Made by a program: the position numbers and the translations under genes. A DNA stretch of 64,000 nucleotides from Proteromonas lacertae (taxonomy: Eukaryota), in assembly GCA_002245135.1 (NCBI GenBank), contig NGBS01000596.1:1-64000 (forward strand), read 5' to 3'. Shown piece by piece: positions 27,387-40,143 of this stretch. The notes beneath the pieces were generated by a model. The model ran no database searches. It saw nothing but the letters and a program-made list of their open reading frames with translations, and was not told the DNA's origin. Positions within the stretch are counted from its first letter, which is position 1, and each line of letters begins with the position of its first letter.

Positions 27387-29780
27387 CAGTCAAACCTGTA
27401 TAACTCAAACCCCTTCATTTTCAAGAAACGGACAAAAATTCGAGTTATATTTTTTGCTTCTTGTTTATTTGAAAAATGAATTATAATCAAATAAAATGTT
27501 GAAACAAAATGATTATAATTTACTATTTTATACATTTGAATAAATATACTAAATACACTAAAAATAATTGATATACAAAGAGATTTTATAAGTGTTTTAA
27601 AGATTATTCGAAGATGTTGTTAATCTTGCTTTTTTTAGTTTTATTTATTTCATTAGACATATTATCAATTCTTCTTTTGGTTTTGCAGGTTGCATTATTT
27701 GAATCTTCTTTACTATTTTCTTGAATTACATTATCAACAACTTCTACTTTAAAACCATCTTCATTTTCAAAGCTATAAAATGGGTACAACTCACTTATAG
27801 ATTTTGTACTAAAAAGAGAAGTTGCATTTATAAATGAATTTGTATTTCCATCTTCTATAATAATATCATTTACTTTACCAATTATTTGGCTTAATTCGCA
27901 TTGACTTTCTTCATCATCATCAACATTCATATTACAATTTTCTGATTGTAATATGGAATTTAATTCTTTTATTTGTTCTTCAGATGGTAATGAAGATTTC
28001 AACCAACATTTAATAACTGTTGTTTTTTTAAGACCAAAAAATACTTTGGTAGAATAATACATAGCATCTGCTATATTCGGTTGCTTACATAAAGCTATAC
28101 CACCTTTTCCTTTACTGTTTTCAATTTGAATATTCTTTATTAATTCAAAGTTTTCAATATTTTCTACACATTTCTTTAAAATTTCAGTTTTATAATTGCT
28201 TTTTATTTTGTTAATAATTCCCATATCTAATGGTTGATAACGACTTGTGCAGTTAGGCGGAAGGAAAAGTAGTTGAATGTTATCATATTCTGCTCCAATT
28301 AATGATCTAGGATGAGATGCACAATTATCCATCACCAAAAGTACTTTGTTGTTTTTAATAATATCTTTGACTGAGGGAAGAAAAATATTATCCATATAGT
28401 ATTTAAAAACTCTATTATCCATCCAAGCATTGGATTGATTAATGTAATTGTTAGGTTTTTCATTAAAGCATAAAGGTTTTTGTGATTTTCCAATATAAAG
28501 AATTGGTACTTTAATTGAATTATCCATATTTACTGTAATTGCGATTGAAATACGTGACTTTGCTATTTTGAATCCTTTGAAGTTCTTCTTTTCATGGTTG
28601 TCAATTACACATTTTCTAGGCAATTGTGAGTAATATAAACCACTTTCATCCATGTTAAATACGAACATAGGTTTATAAGAAGAAATAATCTTACGGACAT
28701 TACTAATATTAACATTTGGGCATGATGACGCTTCACCATGAAGATTTACGCTACTCAGTTTGTTACGTTTCATTAAATTTTGAACATATGAGATATGGAA
28801 CTTCTTCTCTGATAATTGATTGAGTTTGTATAATAAAATTGACTCTGTGATTGGGATGTGAGTTATATATATTTTTGATATTGCTGAGTTATACCAATTC
28901 AATAATTTTCTTTCCAGCTCAGGATACTTTGATTTTCTCTCTCTAAATATATTATCATCTTTATCTATTTATAACAACTTAATGATAATTATTACCTTCA
29001 AATTTCATGATTTTATCCTTATTTATAAGCCATGTAGATATAGTTGATTGTTTTACTGAGTATTTTTGACATATTTCGTACCTTGTTATACGCTTAGCTT
29101 CTAATTGTCTAAGCAACATGGCTTTAGTGTGTAAGGGTAATTGAGTACCACTTCTTTTTTTTGAATTGTTCAACATGTTAAGAATTTATTAAATGAAATC
29201 AATCACTTGATTAATCACTTTTTACTATGTGATAAATTATGGATATAAAAATGATATATTATGGATATAAGTGATTAGATATTAATAAAGTGATGAATTA
29301 TTAATCTTTATATACTCTAAGTGATTGATTCAACATAATTCATTTCAATCTATCTCAATATTAATCAAAAAATTAAATTAATCTATTTCAACTAGAAATA
29401 TACAAATAAAATTAGTTAAGTCATTAAGATTAGTTAGAATTAGTAAAATCAAAATATGTTTCAAAATAATATTCGTTTTATAGTCTCATTTTTATAGAAA
29501 ATAAATCATAGCAAGAAGAATTTATGAATAGTATTTCTTGTAATGGTTTATTTATTTACTAATCTTTTGATATAGAATAAGAAAATATAGTAATTTCAAA
29601 CAGAGAGACATTTAAGAAGATCATGACCCTCAGAATAATATAGATAGAATATATTATAGTAATAGTAATTTATAAAAGATTAGAACATGTAAAAATAACA
29701 AAAAAATAAAATCATATAAAATAAAATAAAAAATGTAATTTATTCGAGTTATATTACTTCGAATAATACAGGTTTGACTG
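27387..29780 (-). mobile_element. Full-length pogo/Tigger-type (Tc1/mariner superfamily) DNA transposon
   Basis: Perfect 15-bp TIR CAGTCAAACCTGTAT (27387-27401 and 29766-29780), flanked by TA at 27385-86 and 29781-82. Encloses a transposase gene. Confidence 0.92.
27604..29176 (-). CDS. pogo/CENP-B-like DDD transposase with one 31-nt intron (28965-28995)
   Basis: N-terminal HTH domains (VKQSTISTW; KYPELERKLLNW). Catalytic VFNMDESG, LLVMDNCASH and QPLDMG. Splicing restores one frame (KFE/DKDD). Confidence 0.92.
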
Positions 29781-29819
29781 TAGTTTATAAATAATTTGAA
29801 ACGGCTATATTTACATAAA

Positions 29820-32800
29820 ATGAATAATTTCATAGATGATGTTCTATACTCGTTATTACCAATTGATAGTCAAGTATTTTAGTTGAATTATTTTTGTATA
29901 GATAAAAGATATAGTCAAAAAGAGTAGTTATGAAGTTGATATGAAACTGCAACATCATGATGATGTTATAATCATAAAAATATTGAATATTGATGGAATT
30001 AAAGAAAAATTGGTTTTGAAGTTGTTAGAGAATAGCACATTTTTGTCAGATTGTTGTACCTCGTTGATCTACCCTTCTAAAATGTTACAGAAGGATAAAT
30101 ATATGGTAATATCACGATATTGTTACTTGGGGGATCTGGAAGAGATAATCCAGAATAAATCCTTCTCAAGAAATGATGTATGTAGTATGATATGTAGTAT
30201 TTGTAAGATTTTCATGATATTGAGTGAATATAATGTAGTAGTTAACAATATAAAGAGTAGTAATATAGTATATGACGATTATGAAGGAGAAATTGATGAT
30301 ATGAAGCTATGTGATTTATATATAAATACTTTAAGAAAAGAAGAAGATATAAGAATAAATGATATGTGTTTCAAAAGCCCAGAAGAGTTGAATGGATTAG
30401 AATGTAATGATAAAAGTGTGATTTGGTCAATTGGATGTATATTATATGAAATGATAAACAAGAAATTACCATTTAATGAAGATAATAACATGAATAAAAC
30501 AAAAGAGAATATCATGAGATGTAAATATGATGGAATTGATGATGCTGCATTCAAAATAGTGGTTGATAAAATGTTAAAAGTGAAGAGTGACGATAGAATA
30601 AGTTTAAAGCAGTTGAATAGAGAAATGATAAAAACAAGTGAGATAATTAAAGATGAAGATAACAATTTAATGATAGTAAAAGAAAGAAAGGAGATAATAT
30701 ATAATAATGATTATTTAACAGATATCTCACCATTTAATGTAAAAGCAGAATATTATCTTCTGAGTGATAAAAGAGAAAGAATTCGAGATGATTTAATAGA
30801 ATTATACAATAATAAACCAAATGAAAGAATATTGTCAATGTTATTGATGATGAAATTATACAATGAAGATAGATCAATAAAAGATAAACTAAAATTTCAC
30901 ATGCATCACAACTGTGAAGTAAATATAGATTGTTATTTAGATAGAATGATATGTAATATTTTTATAAATGAAAGAAAAGAAACAATCATAATAAATTCAA
31001 ATGAGATATGCTTTTGTGAAGAAGGGATAAACTATCTGTTTGGAATGTTAAAGTTAATAAATCCTTTAAAGTTCCAGATTAGTATTGTTTTGATTTTTAT
31101 TCTATAGATTATTATTGGTTAGATATTCAATATAAATATCATTCGTTATTAGGATTATCGTTTTCTCAATTATCAAACCTTAGTCAGTTATACTTACAAT
31201 ACTGTAAACTTACATCAAATTTTATTGAATCATTTGTTAAATCAATTCCATATATGATGAAATTAGAGTATGTAAATCTTGAATGTATTTATTTTTTATA
31301 ATATATCATTATGAAATAGATAATCCAATAGGTAATAAAGGATTCAAATTATTATTACCTTATTTACATTTATTAATTAACGAAGACAATGAATTATATC
31401 TTGATGGAATGAATTTAAATAATGAATCAATGAAATTATTATCAGAAGAATTAGATAAATATCCAAAACTTGAGAAAATTGATATTAGAGAAAACAAGAA
31501 TATTCATACAAAAGGATTAAAAGCCTTATTCTCTAAATTTCTTGTTTCAAAAATCAATTTTTATTATAAAGGCAGCAAAGAGTTTCTGGTTAGCAATGAC
31601 ATTCCAGATTTGATAAAATATACCAAATATAGTTGTAATAAAGAAATAAATCTAAGTGGCTTAAGTATGAATGATGTTTTTTTCAATTCATTGATTCCTG
31701 TAAGATCAAATGAATTAAGTGAAATAAATGTGTTGGATTTGAGAAGTATAATTTGATACTTTTCTATTATTTAGATAATAAACTAACATATGAAAGTATA
31801 GAAATACTAGTTAACAATTTATCTTCATTTTCAAATCTTTATCATCTTGAATTATATGGAAATAAGATAGGAGATTTAGGAATGAAATTATTATCTCCAC
31901 ATTTACACTTAGTAAATGATTTGTTTTACAGAATAGAATGTTCAAGTATAAAAATAATAATTTGATATAATAGAAATGAGATTATCTTCAATTGGCTTAT
32001 CTTCAGTTGGATTAAAATATTTATTAGATGGTTTAAAGAATATTGATCAAAGCATCTCATTTGACATAAGTGATAATAATATAGATTCTGATGGAGTAAA
32101 GTATTTAATGAGTTATATGAAAGAGAATGATAATATAAAGCAATTATTCATTCATAGTATAATGTTTTAGTATTTAATATGTTTTAAATAGATAATCCAA
32201 TTGGAAATATTGGATTTAAATTAATATTGGATAAATTAGATATTTTAAGATATGAAGAAGAAGATGAAGATCAATATGAAACATACAGAATAAATTTGAG
32301 TAATATCATGATAGATGATGAGAGTATGTTGTTACTGACAAATAAATTAGATAATCTTATAGATCAGCAACCTGTATACATTAATTTAAAAGGAAATTGT
32401 ATTAGACTGAATGGATTGAAATCAATTTGTTCTATATTGCTAAAATTACTTGATTACCAATGTTATTGTCATCCATTTATTGAAATGAAATGTACATCAT
32501 GGACAAATGAAGAATTAAAGTATTATTTGAATTATTGTATTGAAAAAGGTTGTTATGAGTTAGATCTTTCTAGTATAAAATCTGTTTTTATTACACAATA
32601 GATATGAATATCAATGATTCTCACATTGCATTAATTAAGAGAATTAATTATTATGAAATACTTAATTTATCCAACAATAGAATAACTTTTAAAGGATTAA
32701 AAGACTTAGCGGATCATGTATCGATAAAATCAGGACATATTTCAATATATAATAACCCCATTGGAGATGATGGAGTAGAGATAATATGTGAATTTCTGGA

Positions 32801-33192
32801 TAAATTTGTTGATAGAGAAGTAATTAATTTTTATCATTATTATTTATCCTTAAATCTATCAAGTATATTATAATTGTATAACTGAAATAGATATTGGAAT
32901 GAGTAAAAGAGGATTGAAAATGTTAATAGAAAGATTAAAAGATTATAAGCCATTTACACACCTGAATATTTCTGGAAATGTATTAAATGAAGAAGAGTTA
33001 AGATTGATGAAAGAAAATAGAGATATGTTTGAAGATTTGAATGAATTATCAATAACAGTGAAAGAAGATATAGATGAATCAGAATTAAAATTATTTTTAG
33101 AAGCATTTTCAACAGTTGGAATAATCAATTTAACAGGAATTTCAGATGAAGAAAAGAAAAAATTGTCAAATGAATTCTACAATATTGAATAA
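29820..33192 (+). CDS. Pseudokinase plus RNI-like LRR protein, copy B
   Basis: NNIKSSNI, KLCDL, FKSPEEL and IWSIGCILYEM, followed by LRR exons. Similar exon structure and C-terminus (..EEKKKLSNEFYNIE) to copy A. Confidence 0.85.
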
Positions 33193-33308
33193 TACATAAT
33201 CATACTTATTTTTGATATTGTATTTATAGAAACTGAATAAAAATCAAAAAGAAAAATATTTGGCTTGAAAATCAAAGCTTGATCATTCAAATCTTCATTT
33301 TTAAAAGA

Positions 33309-35200
33309 ATGGTATTTTTCATAATATACTGTAATCTAGTCTGCTGATAATAAAGATATTGAAGATTTATATAACAAATTGAAGCAAAGTGTTGAAAATG
33401 AGAATGAAGATAACATTCTCAAAAATTCTTTATGTTGTATATATAAGATTATATTATATGAATGTGATATATAGTATTAAATAAAGGAATAACTGATGAT
33501 AATGTTGTGAAATGCGCTTGTTTGTGTTATATAAACAACAATGAAGTATATAAATCATATATTGTATAAATAGTTTGATAAAGCAATGGAAATATTGAGC
33601 AAGAGTGAAAATAGCTTATATTTTGAAAAAGCATATTGCTTTTATCGTTTGGATAATGTATGTAGTTATATTATCCATTACTATTGTAATAGTTGGAAGA
33701 ATCGATGAAATGTTTAAAGAAAAGTAACAAAGATATGAAATGTTTGATATTAGAAAGCCAAATTCTTTATAAGTTAAAAGAATATGAAAAGTGTATTAAA
33801 GTATATGAAGAAATAATGTCTAAGAAGGAGATTACTGTAGAGTTGATAACAAACTATATTAGTTGCTTTATAATGAGTGGATTATATGAAGAAATGGAAG
33901 AGAAACTGGGTAAATTAAAAGTATAAATTATATATATATAATTATTAAAAATAATAATAGTATGAGAAAAGCTATGAGATATTATTCAACATGAGTTTAT
34001 GTTATTATTACGAAAATAAGATTGAAGAATCAATGAAATTAATTGAAGAAGCATTAAAACTAGGAGAGAGTGAGTTAAAGAAGAATGAATTAAAAGATGA
34101 TGAAATATCAAGAGAATTATGTAGTTTATACATATTCGTATGATTATTTTTATTTTTATTTGTTATTTTGTAATAGAAAGGTCACTTATTGTCATTGACA
34201 GGTAAACCAATCGAATCATTAAATCTATTACAAAGTTTAATTCATAGTAAAAGCCAAAGTAAAGTCAATACTATCATTATTCAGAATAACATAAGTTCAT
34301 TAGTATCAAGTCGAAGCTTGAAAGAAGCTTATCAAAAGTTGTATGGAATTAGTGAAGAAATAATTAGCAAATTAAGTGAGAATCAAATTGGTATGATTTA
34401 CTTAAATAGATTATTAATAAAGTTTGAGATGTTAATGAATAAGAAGTGTAGTAAAAGTTATGAGAATTTTGGAAATAACAAAGAAATTGCTAATGAAGAA
34501 GAAAGGATGAAATTAATGAAAGAATTGAGCGAAGAATTTGAAAAAATGAAGGAAATTGTGATATTAAGTGGTGAAAGTAGATATTATTATTTCTGTTGTT
34601 TGAATTATTTATATAGTTATATTGATGTAAGTAAAATTGATGAAACAAACTTAAGAATGATGAGTGTAAAAGAATGTGAAGTTGATGAAAATAACTTGTT
34701 ATTAGAAAGTAGAAGATTAAACAAAAATGAAAATGTATATATTATATATATATATATATATAATAAAATAGAAATTGAATGAATTAGAAGAAGCTAAAGA
34801 GAAGAGTAGATTGTTATTAAAGAAAAAGAAGAATTTGAAGAAGAGAGAAAAGAATCGTTTGAAGTTTATAGAAAAGTTAAAAACTAGTGGAAAAGGTGAT
34901 ATTGAGAATGTAAAGTTAGATGAAGATAGATGGAAACCGAAATATTTACGTGTTTCTTATCAAAAGAGTAGAAAAGGAATGAAAATGAGCAATAAAGGAA
35001 GTAGCCAAGGTGTTAATCAGAATAAAAATGAAAGTGATAAGTTTGATATGAAGAAGAAAGTCGATGAAAGGAAATCAACTGAAACTTCAAAAGCTAATAC
35101 TTCAAAATCATCTTCATCATCAACTACAACAGCTACTTCTCCTTCTAAGTCGATTAATCAAAGTATTAAGAAGAGACAAGGTAAAAAGAAGAGACGTTAA
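33309..35200 (+). CDS. SRP72: Signal recognition particle subunit SRP72
   Basis: TPR-like N-terminus (FEKAYCFYRL) and basic RNA-binding tail with LDEDRWKPKYLR..SSQG. An intron directly follows the ATG. Confidence 0.85.
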
Positions 35201-35410
35201 ATGTTTGATAATAATTCACCATTATTATGGTTATTATGGTTTTAAATGTATTGTTTGTTAGGTAATAAAACGTCAAAAAACACAAATAAACATAAATGCT
35301 TGAATGTTGGCTTGAATTAGCTGATTTTAGATTCTCATTTACTTGGTCATCTTCCACACTTTTATATAAATAATCAGAATTTTCATATAGTTTTGCAACA
35401 CAAAAGATAT

Positions 35411-38400
35411 ATGAATCGGCTGCCTGACAATTGTAACAAAAATTCAAACTTATATTTTTCATCACAGCCATAGTATAAAAATATAGTTTTTATATTAATA
35501 GTATACATCGCTTGTATTTAAAAAACTTCATGAATTTTGATAATTTTGAAATATTTCCAAGAAGAGGATTAAATCTAATATTCGGACCTAATGGTAGTGG
35601 CAAAGTATAAAGTAATTAATAATCATATTAATAGAGTTCAATTCTTGTGGCAATCAAATTGTTATTAGGTTCTACGCCTGAAGATTGTAGAAGAGGAAAA
35701 ACCTACTCAGCTTATATAAATAACAAAATTAAAAAAGGAGAAAAATCAAGAATAGAGTTATGTATGCATGATGATAGATTCTGTTCTGCGAATCATCATA
35801 AAGATAAAACTGTATAAAGAATAAATATTGATGATTTTTAGAAACATTGTTACACTTGTTGTATTTCAATACAACTCAATTTAATCACATTTGAACATGT
35901 TTTATATAAATGTAGTGAGGTATATAGAGGAAGGGAAGAAATTGTCGATTATTTAAGAGATGAATATAGTATAGATAGTAATAATATGTTTCAAATATTA
36001 CAACAAGAATCAGTAGCTGAAGTATTGAGCGAGAATCTAACCAAGAATTTAATGAATATTGAGAAATCAATAAAATATAACTTAGTATGAATATTATTTT
36101 TATCATATAAATAATTGTAATAAAAAAATAGTATGAAACTCATCGAGAATTATTAAAAGATTCAAAGGAATTATTAGAAAAAGCAGAAATAATGGAAAGG
36201 TTGAAAAGCAGTATATATGCAAAAGAAGTAAGGAAAGGTGTATGTTAATTATTCTATATATAATTTTGATAATAGAGATACGATGACTTAAAAACAAAAA
36301 TGAAAAAGAAAATGGAATGTGAAGAGAAAGTATTTCAATGAAATACTTAATTCTTATATTATTATATAGATTGAATTAATTAATAAAGTAATAATTTGGA
36401 AGAAATATGATAGAATTAAGAAAAAATATGGAGAGGAGCTAGAAGTGATTGATAATTCAGAATCTACTGAAATTGTATATTGTTTCTATTTGTTTTAATC
36501 ACTATAGTATGATGAAAAAATAAAAGGATTTGAAAAAGAAAAATCAAGAATAGTGATTGAATATGGGAAAATCAAGAATAAATATTGCAAAGATCCATTG
36601 TATCGTAAAAGGGATGAAATGAAGAAGATATTAGAAAGATTAGAAGAATATTCTAGCAAAATACTTACTAGAAATGAAGAGATTGAAAGTCTGGAGAATA
36701 AAAGAGATAGAGATAATATAGAAGTATATAATATATATATATATATATTGATAGTTGCAAAATAGTAAACAAAAATTAAGAGACTTAGAAAGCCATCCAA
36801 TAGATTTAGATTTGCTACCTAATTTAATTACGCAACACAAAAAATTAAAAGAAGAATGTAAAAGAATAGATGAGAAAGTATTTATTATTGATATATATAT
36901 ATATATATATATATATTGAATATTATAGCTGAGAAGTGTGAATGACGATTTGTCAAAGTTACAGATTGAATGTAGTATAAGCGAAAAGCTAATTAATAAC
37001 TCAATTGAAGAAAGAGATATGATATGTAATAACATTATCTCACAATCACCAAAAGATACACAAAAAGTAATAGATTATTGTGAAAGAATAAAAAATACTT
37101 TCAAAGGTAGTTATAGACTTCCAATAGTCAAGTATATGAAGTTTTAAGTGATACAGATGCTGCATATGTAAAACTTACGCTTGGTTATTGGTTATTGTGT
37201 GGATTATTATTCTCATCAAATGAAGATGCTTCAATGATTAGAAATTACTCATATAATAACAGATATAGACAAGTATCTATATGTACATATACACAAGAAA
37301 TGAATAATCAACAATTTGATATATCTTCATTAAAGGATTATGGAATATATTCTACTTTAGATAGGATTATAGAATTTACAGATTCTCAGTGTGAATCAAA
37401 TGGAGAATCATTAATTCGTTCATTTTTATGTGCAAATTATGGAATACATTATATATTGATTGCAAATAAATCATTTGAAATTGAAAAAAATGTTAATGAG
37501 TTTATATCATATTTAAAATTTGAAGAATCGATATTGTTAAAAGTAAATTCTTCGGTTATTGTTTTTACTCCAACATATAGATACATATTTCACAAAATTA
37601 GATATAACAATATAAGTACTGAGACAATTCCAATAAAATATAATTCATCAAGGCTGTTATTATCATCATTAGAATCTAAAAGAATGATGGAATTAATGAA
37701 GAGTATAGAATCAGAGAAGAAAAAATTAGAGCCAATAAACGTGAAAGTATTTACATAATATAAATATATATATGATTAGATTCAACAACAATCCATAATA
37801 AAAAGGAAGATTGAGTTTGATTACAAAAAGATTAGAAATGATTTTTCCAGATTATCAGGTGAAATATCTAAAATGAAGAATAAAGAAGCATTAGTCGAGA
37901 ATTTACAGCTTGAAGTAAGAAATAATTAAATACTATTTTTATAGATTAATAGAAGAGTGAAAGAACTTGAAAAACTTGAGAATGAAATTCAAACAAAAAC
38001 AGATACTGAAGTGTTGAACAGTTTGTTGAGAATTTATTTTACTCTATTGAATAATTATTACAACAATACGAAAGTATAATAATGATTATATGAATAATAT
38101 TTAGAAACTTGAACCAATAATAATCTATACTTTAATGAAAAGCGAATATGATAATAAAATATTATCCTTAGAGAAAGATATAAAAAGTGAAAAGGAAAAC
38201 AAAGAGTATAAAAATCATATATAACATTTTTATACCAATGAATAGTAAAATTGAAACAATCAAAAACAATTCTATTAATGCATTAAAAAAAATAAAAAAT
38301 GAATTGAAAAGTATATTTGAATGTGCAATGAATATTATAAAACCAATTTCAACTGAAAGAATAGTTACAAAGGATGAAAAGAATGAATGTGAATATTATA

Positions 38401-39386
38401 TTAAATATGTATGTAAACATAATTTATACTCATTAAACTAGATTTTACCAAAGATATATAATGAGTTTAATATGTTTGATGAAAATGATTTGATAGTATT
38501 ATTATTATATCTGTTTTTTATATTATAGAGACAAAAGAACCAACTGGAAGGGTTGATTGATAATTTAAATGTGTATGAAGATGAAATTGCTAATTATACA
38601 ACATTTATTGCAAATTTAGAAGTTGAAAAAGAGAATTATAGAAATATGTATTAATATGATTGTTTTATTAAAACATAGTGAAGAAGAATTTGACCATACA
38701 TACAAAGAAATACGAAAGAAACATTTAGAATGGCATGAAGAATTGCAAGATATTATTTCAACAATGAATGAACATTTTATATACTATATTAAAGAAGATA
38801 ATGATATTTCATTGAGAAAGACTAAAGCATGTTTAGGAGAAATATCATTACTCCCCAAAACAGTACCAGAAAAACTAACACCGAAGTAATACCATTATGT
38901 TATATATAAGCATAGAAATTATTTCAATATCATGCGTTCTTATCAATTACATATCAAAGCTATGTTGAAGTCGTTTGATAGAGTGAGAGATTTAACAAGT
39001 CAAACATTATCAGGAGGTGAAAAGTCATTTTCTACTTCTCTTTTGTTATTGTCAATGAGAAGTTTAATTCATGCACCTTTTTGTGTAATGGATGAAGTAT
39101 ACTTATATATAATTCATTCTATCAATAGATAAATCAAGGAATGGATGAAACATTTGAAGCTGAGTTTTTTAAACTATTATTGAGTGAAAAAAATGCAATT
39201 CAATATTTTGTACTTAGTCCAACACAGAATACCCAAATAGAACAGATATTAATTGAATCGCAAGAAATGAAGAAGGAATTGCCAAATATTACTGCTCATA
39301 TAATCTTATGTGGACAAAATTTACCAGAAACAAATAGACCAATCTTTTTGATTTTAATAATTACATTAATTAGATTTCTTTCATAG
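35411..39386 (+). CDS. SMC5/6-family structural maintenance of chromosomes protein, most like SMC5
   Basis: LKNFM, GLNLIFGPNGSGKSS, a long coiled coil, LSGGEKSFST and PFCVMDEINQGMD. Many introns; one apparent frameshift near 37136. Confidence 0.85.
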
Positions 39387-40143
39387 TAATATTTTTCTAC
39401 AACATATTTTAATTTCATACATTTAATATTCGATAGATACAATAACTAAACATAAAGAAAATTGAAATACACAATAATACGTCTTTACATTGTATTTTTT
39501 ATATGTAAATGTATTTTTCGTTGGAGAGGATATTTATATGCAGAAGTAATGTTAACTGTATATGTAAAAACAAAATCAATTCATAAGTCAAATAGCAAGT
39601 ACTTCTATTATATTTAGTAATTAAGATAACAAAACCATCTATTTCTCAGAATTTGAATGAACTTGTCGTATTAAATTTATTAGTAACAACAATGAAAGTT
39701 TATTGAAAATAATCCACGCAAAAAGTCAAATCAAGATATAAGTGAATATGTGTGCGTTTTATATACATAGGGATATAAAAATAGAATAATACATTTTTTA
39801 TCTGTATTGAAAACTACTCAATGTATAATTTTGCATAAAGTTAATGGTTGTACTACTTATTGGGAAGTATACGCCATATAATGATTAGTGATGATGTATG
39901 AAAGTATTTAATCTAAATGGAGTTAGTAAATCTTAAAATCTTACAGTTTTTTTATTATGTGTTATTATTATAGTGCAAAATAATATTTATTGGATATTAA
40001 TCACATCTATTAACGTTATTACTTCTTTGCATTAAAAGGATGAAATATTTTATATGTAAATTTGAGTTATGTAAAAGTATTTATACACAATATTGATGAG
40101 TATTATTTCATTTTAACACAAATTAATAGATAGAAGTGTTAAA

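Noticed and set aside
29456..29710. Possible second (cargo) gene inside the transposon, with intron-like GT..AG segments
   Set aside because: Every splice combination I tried hit a stop within a few codons.
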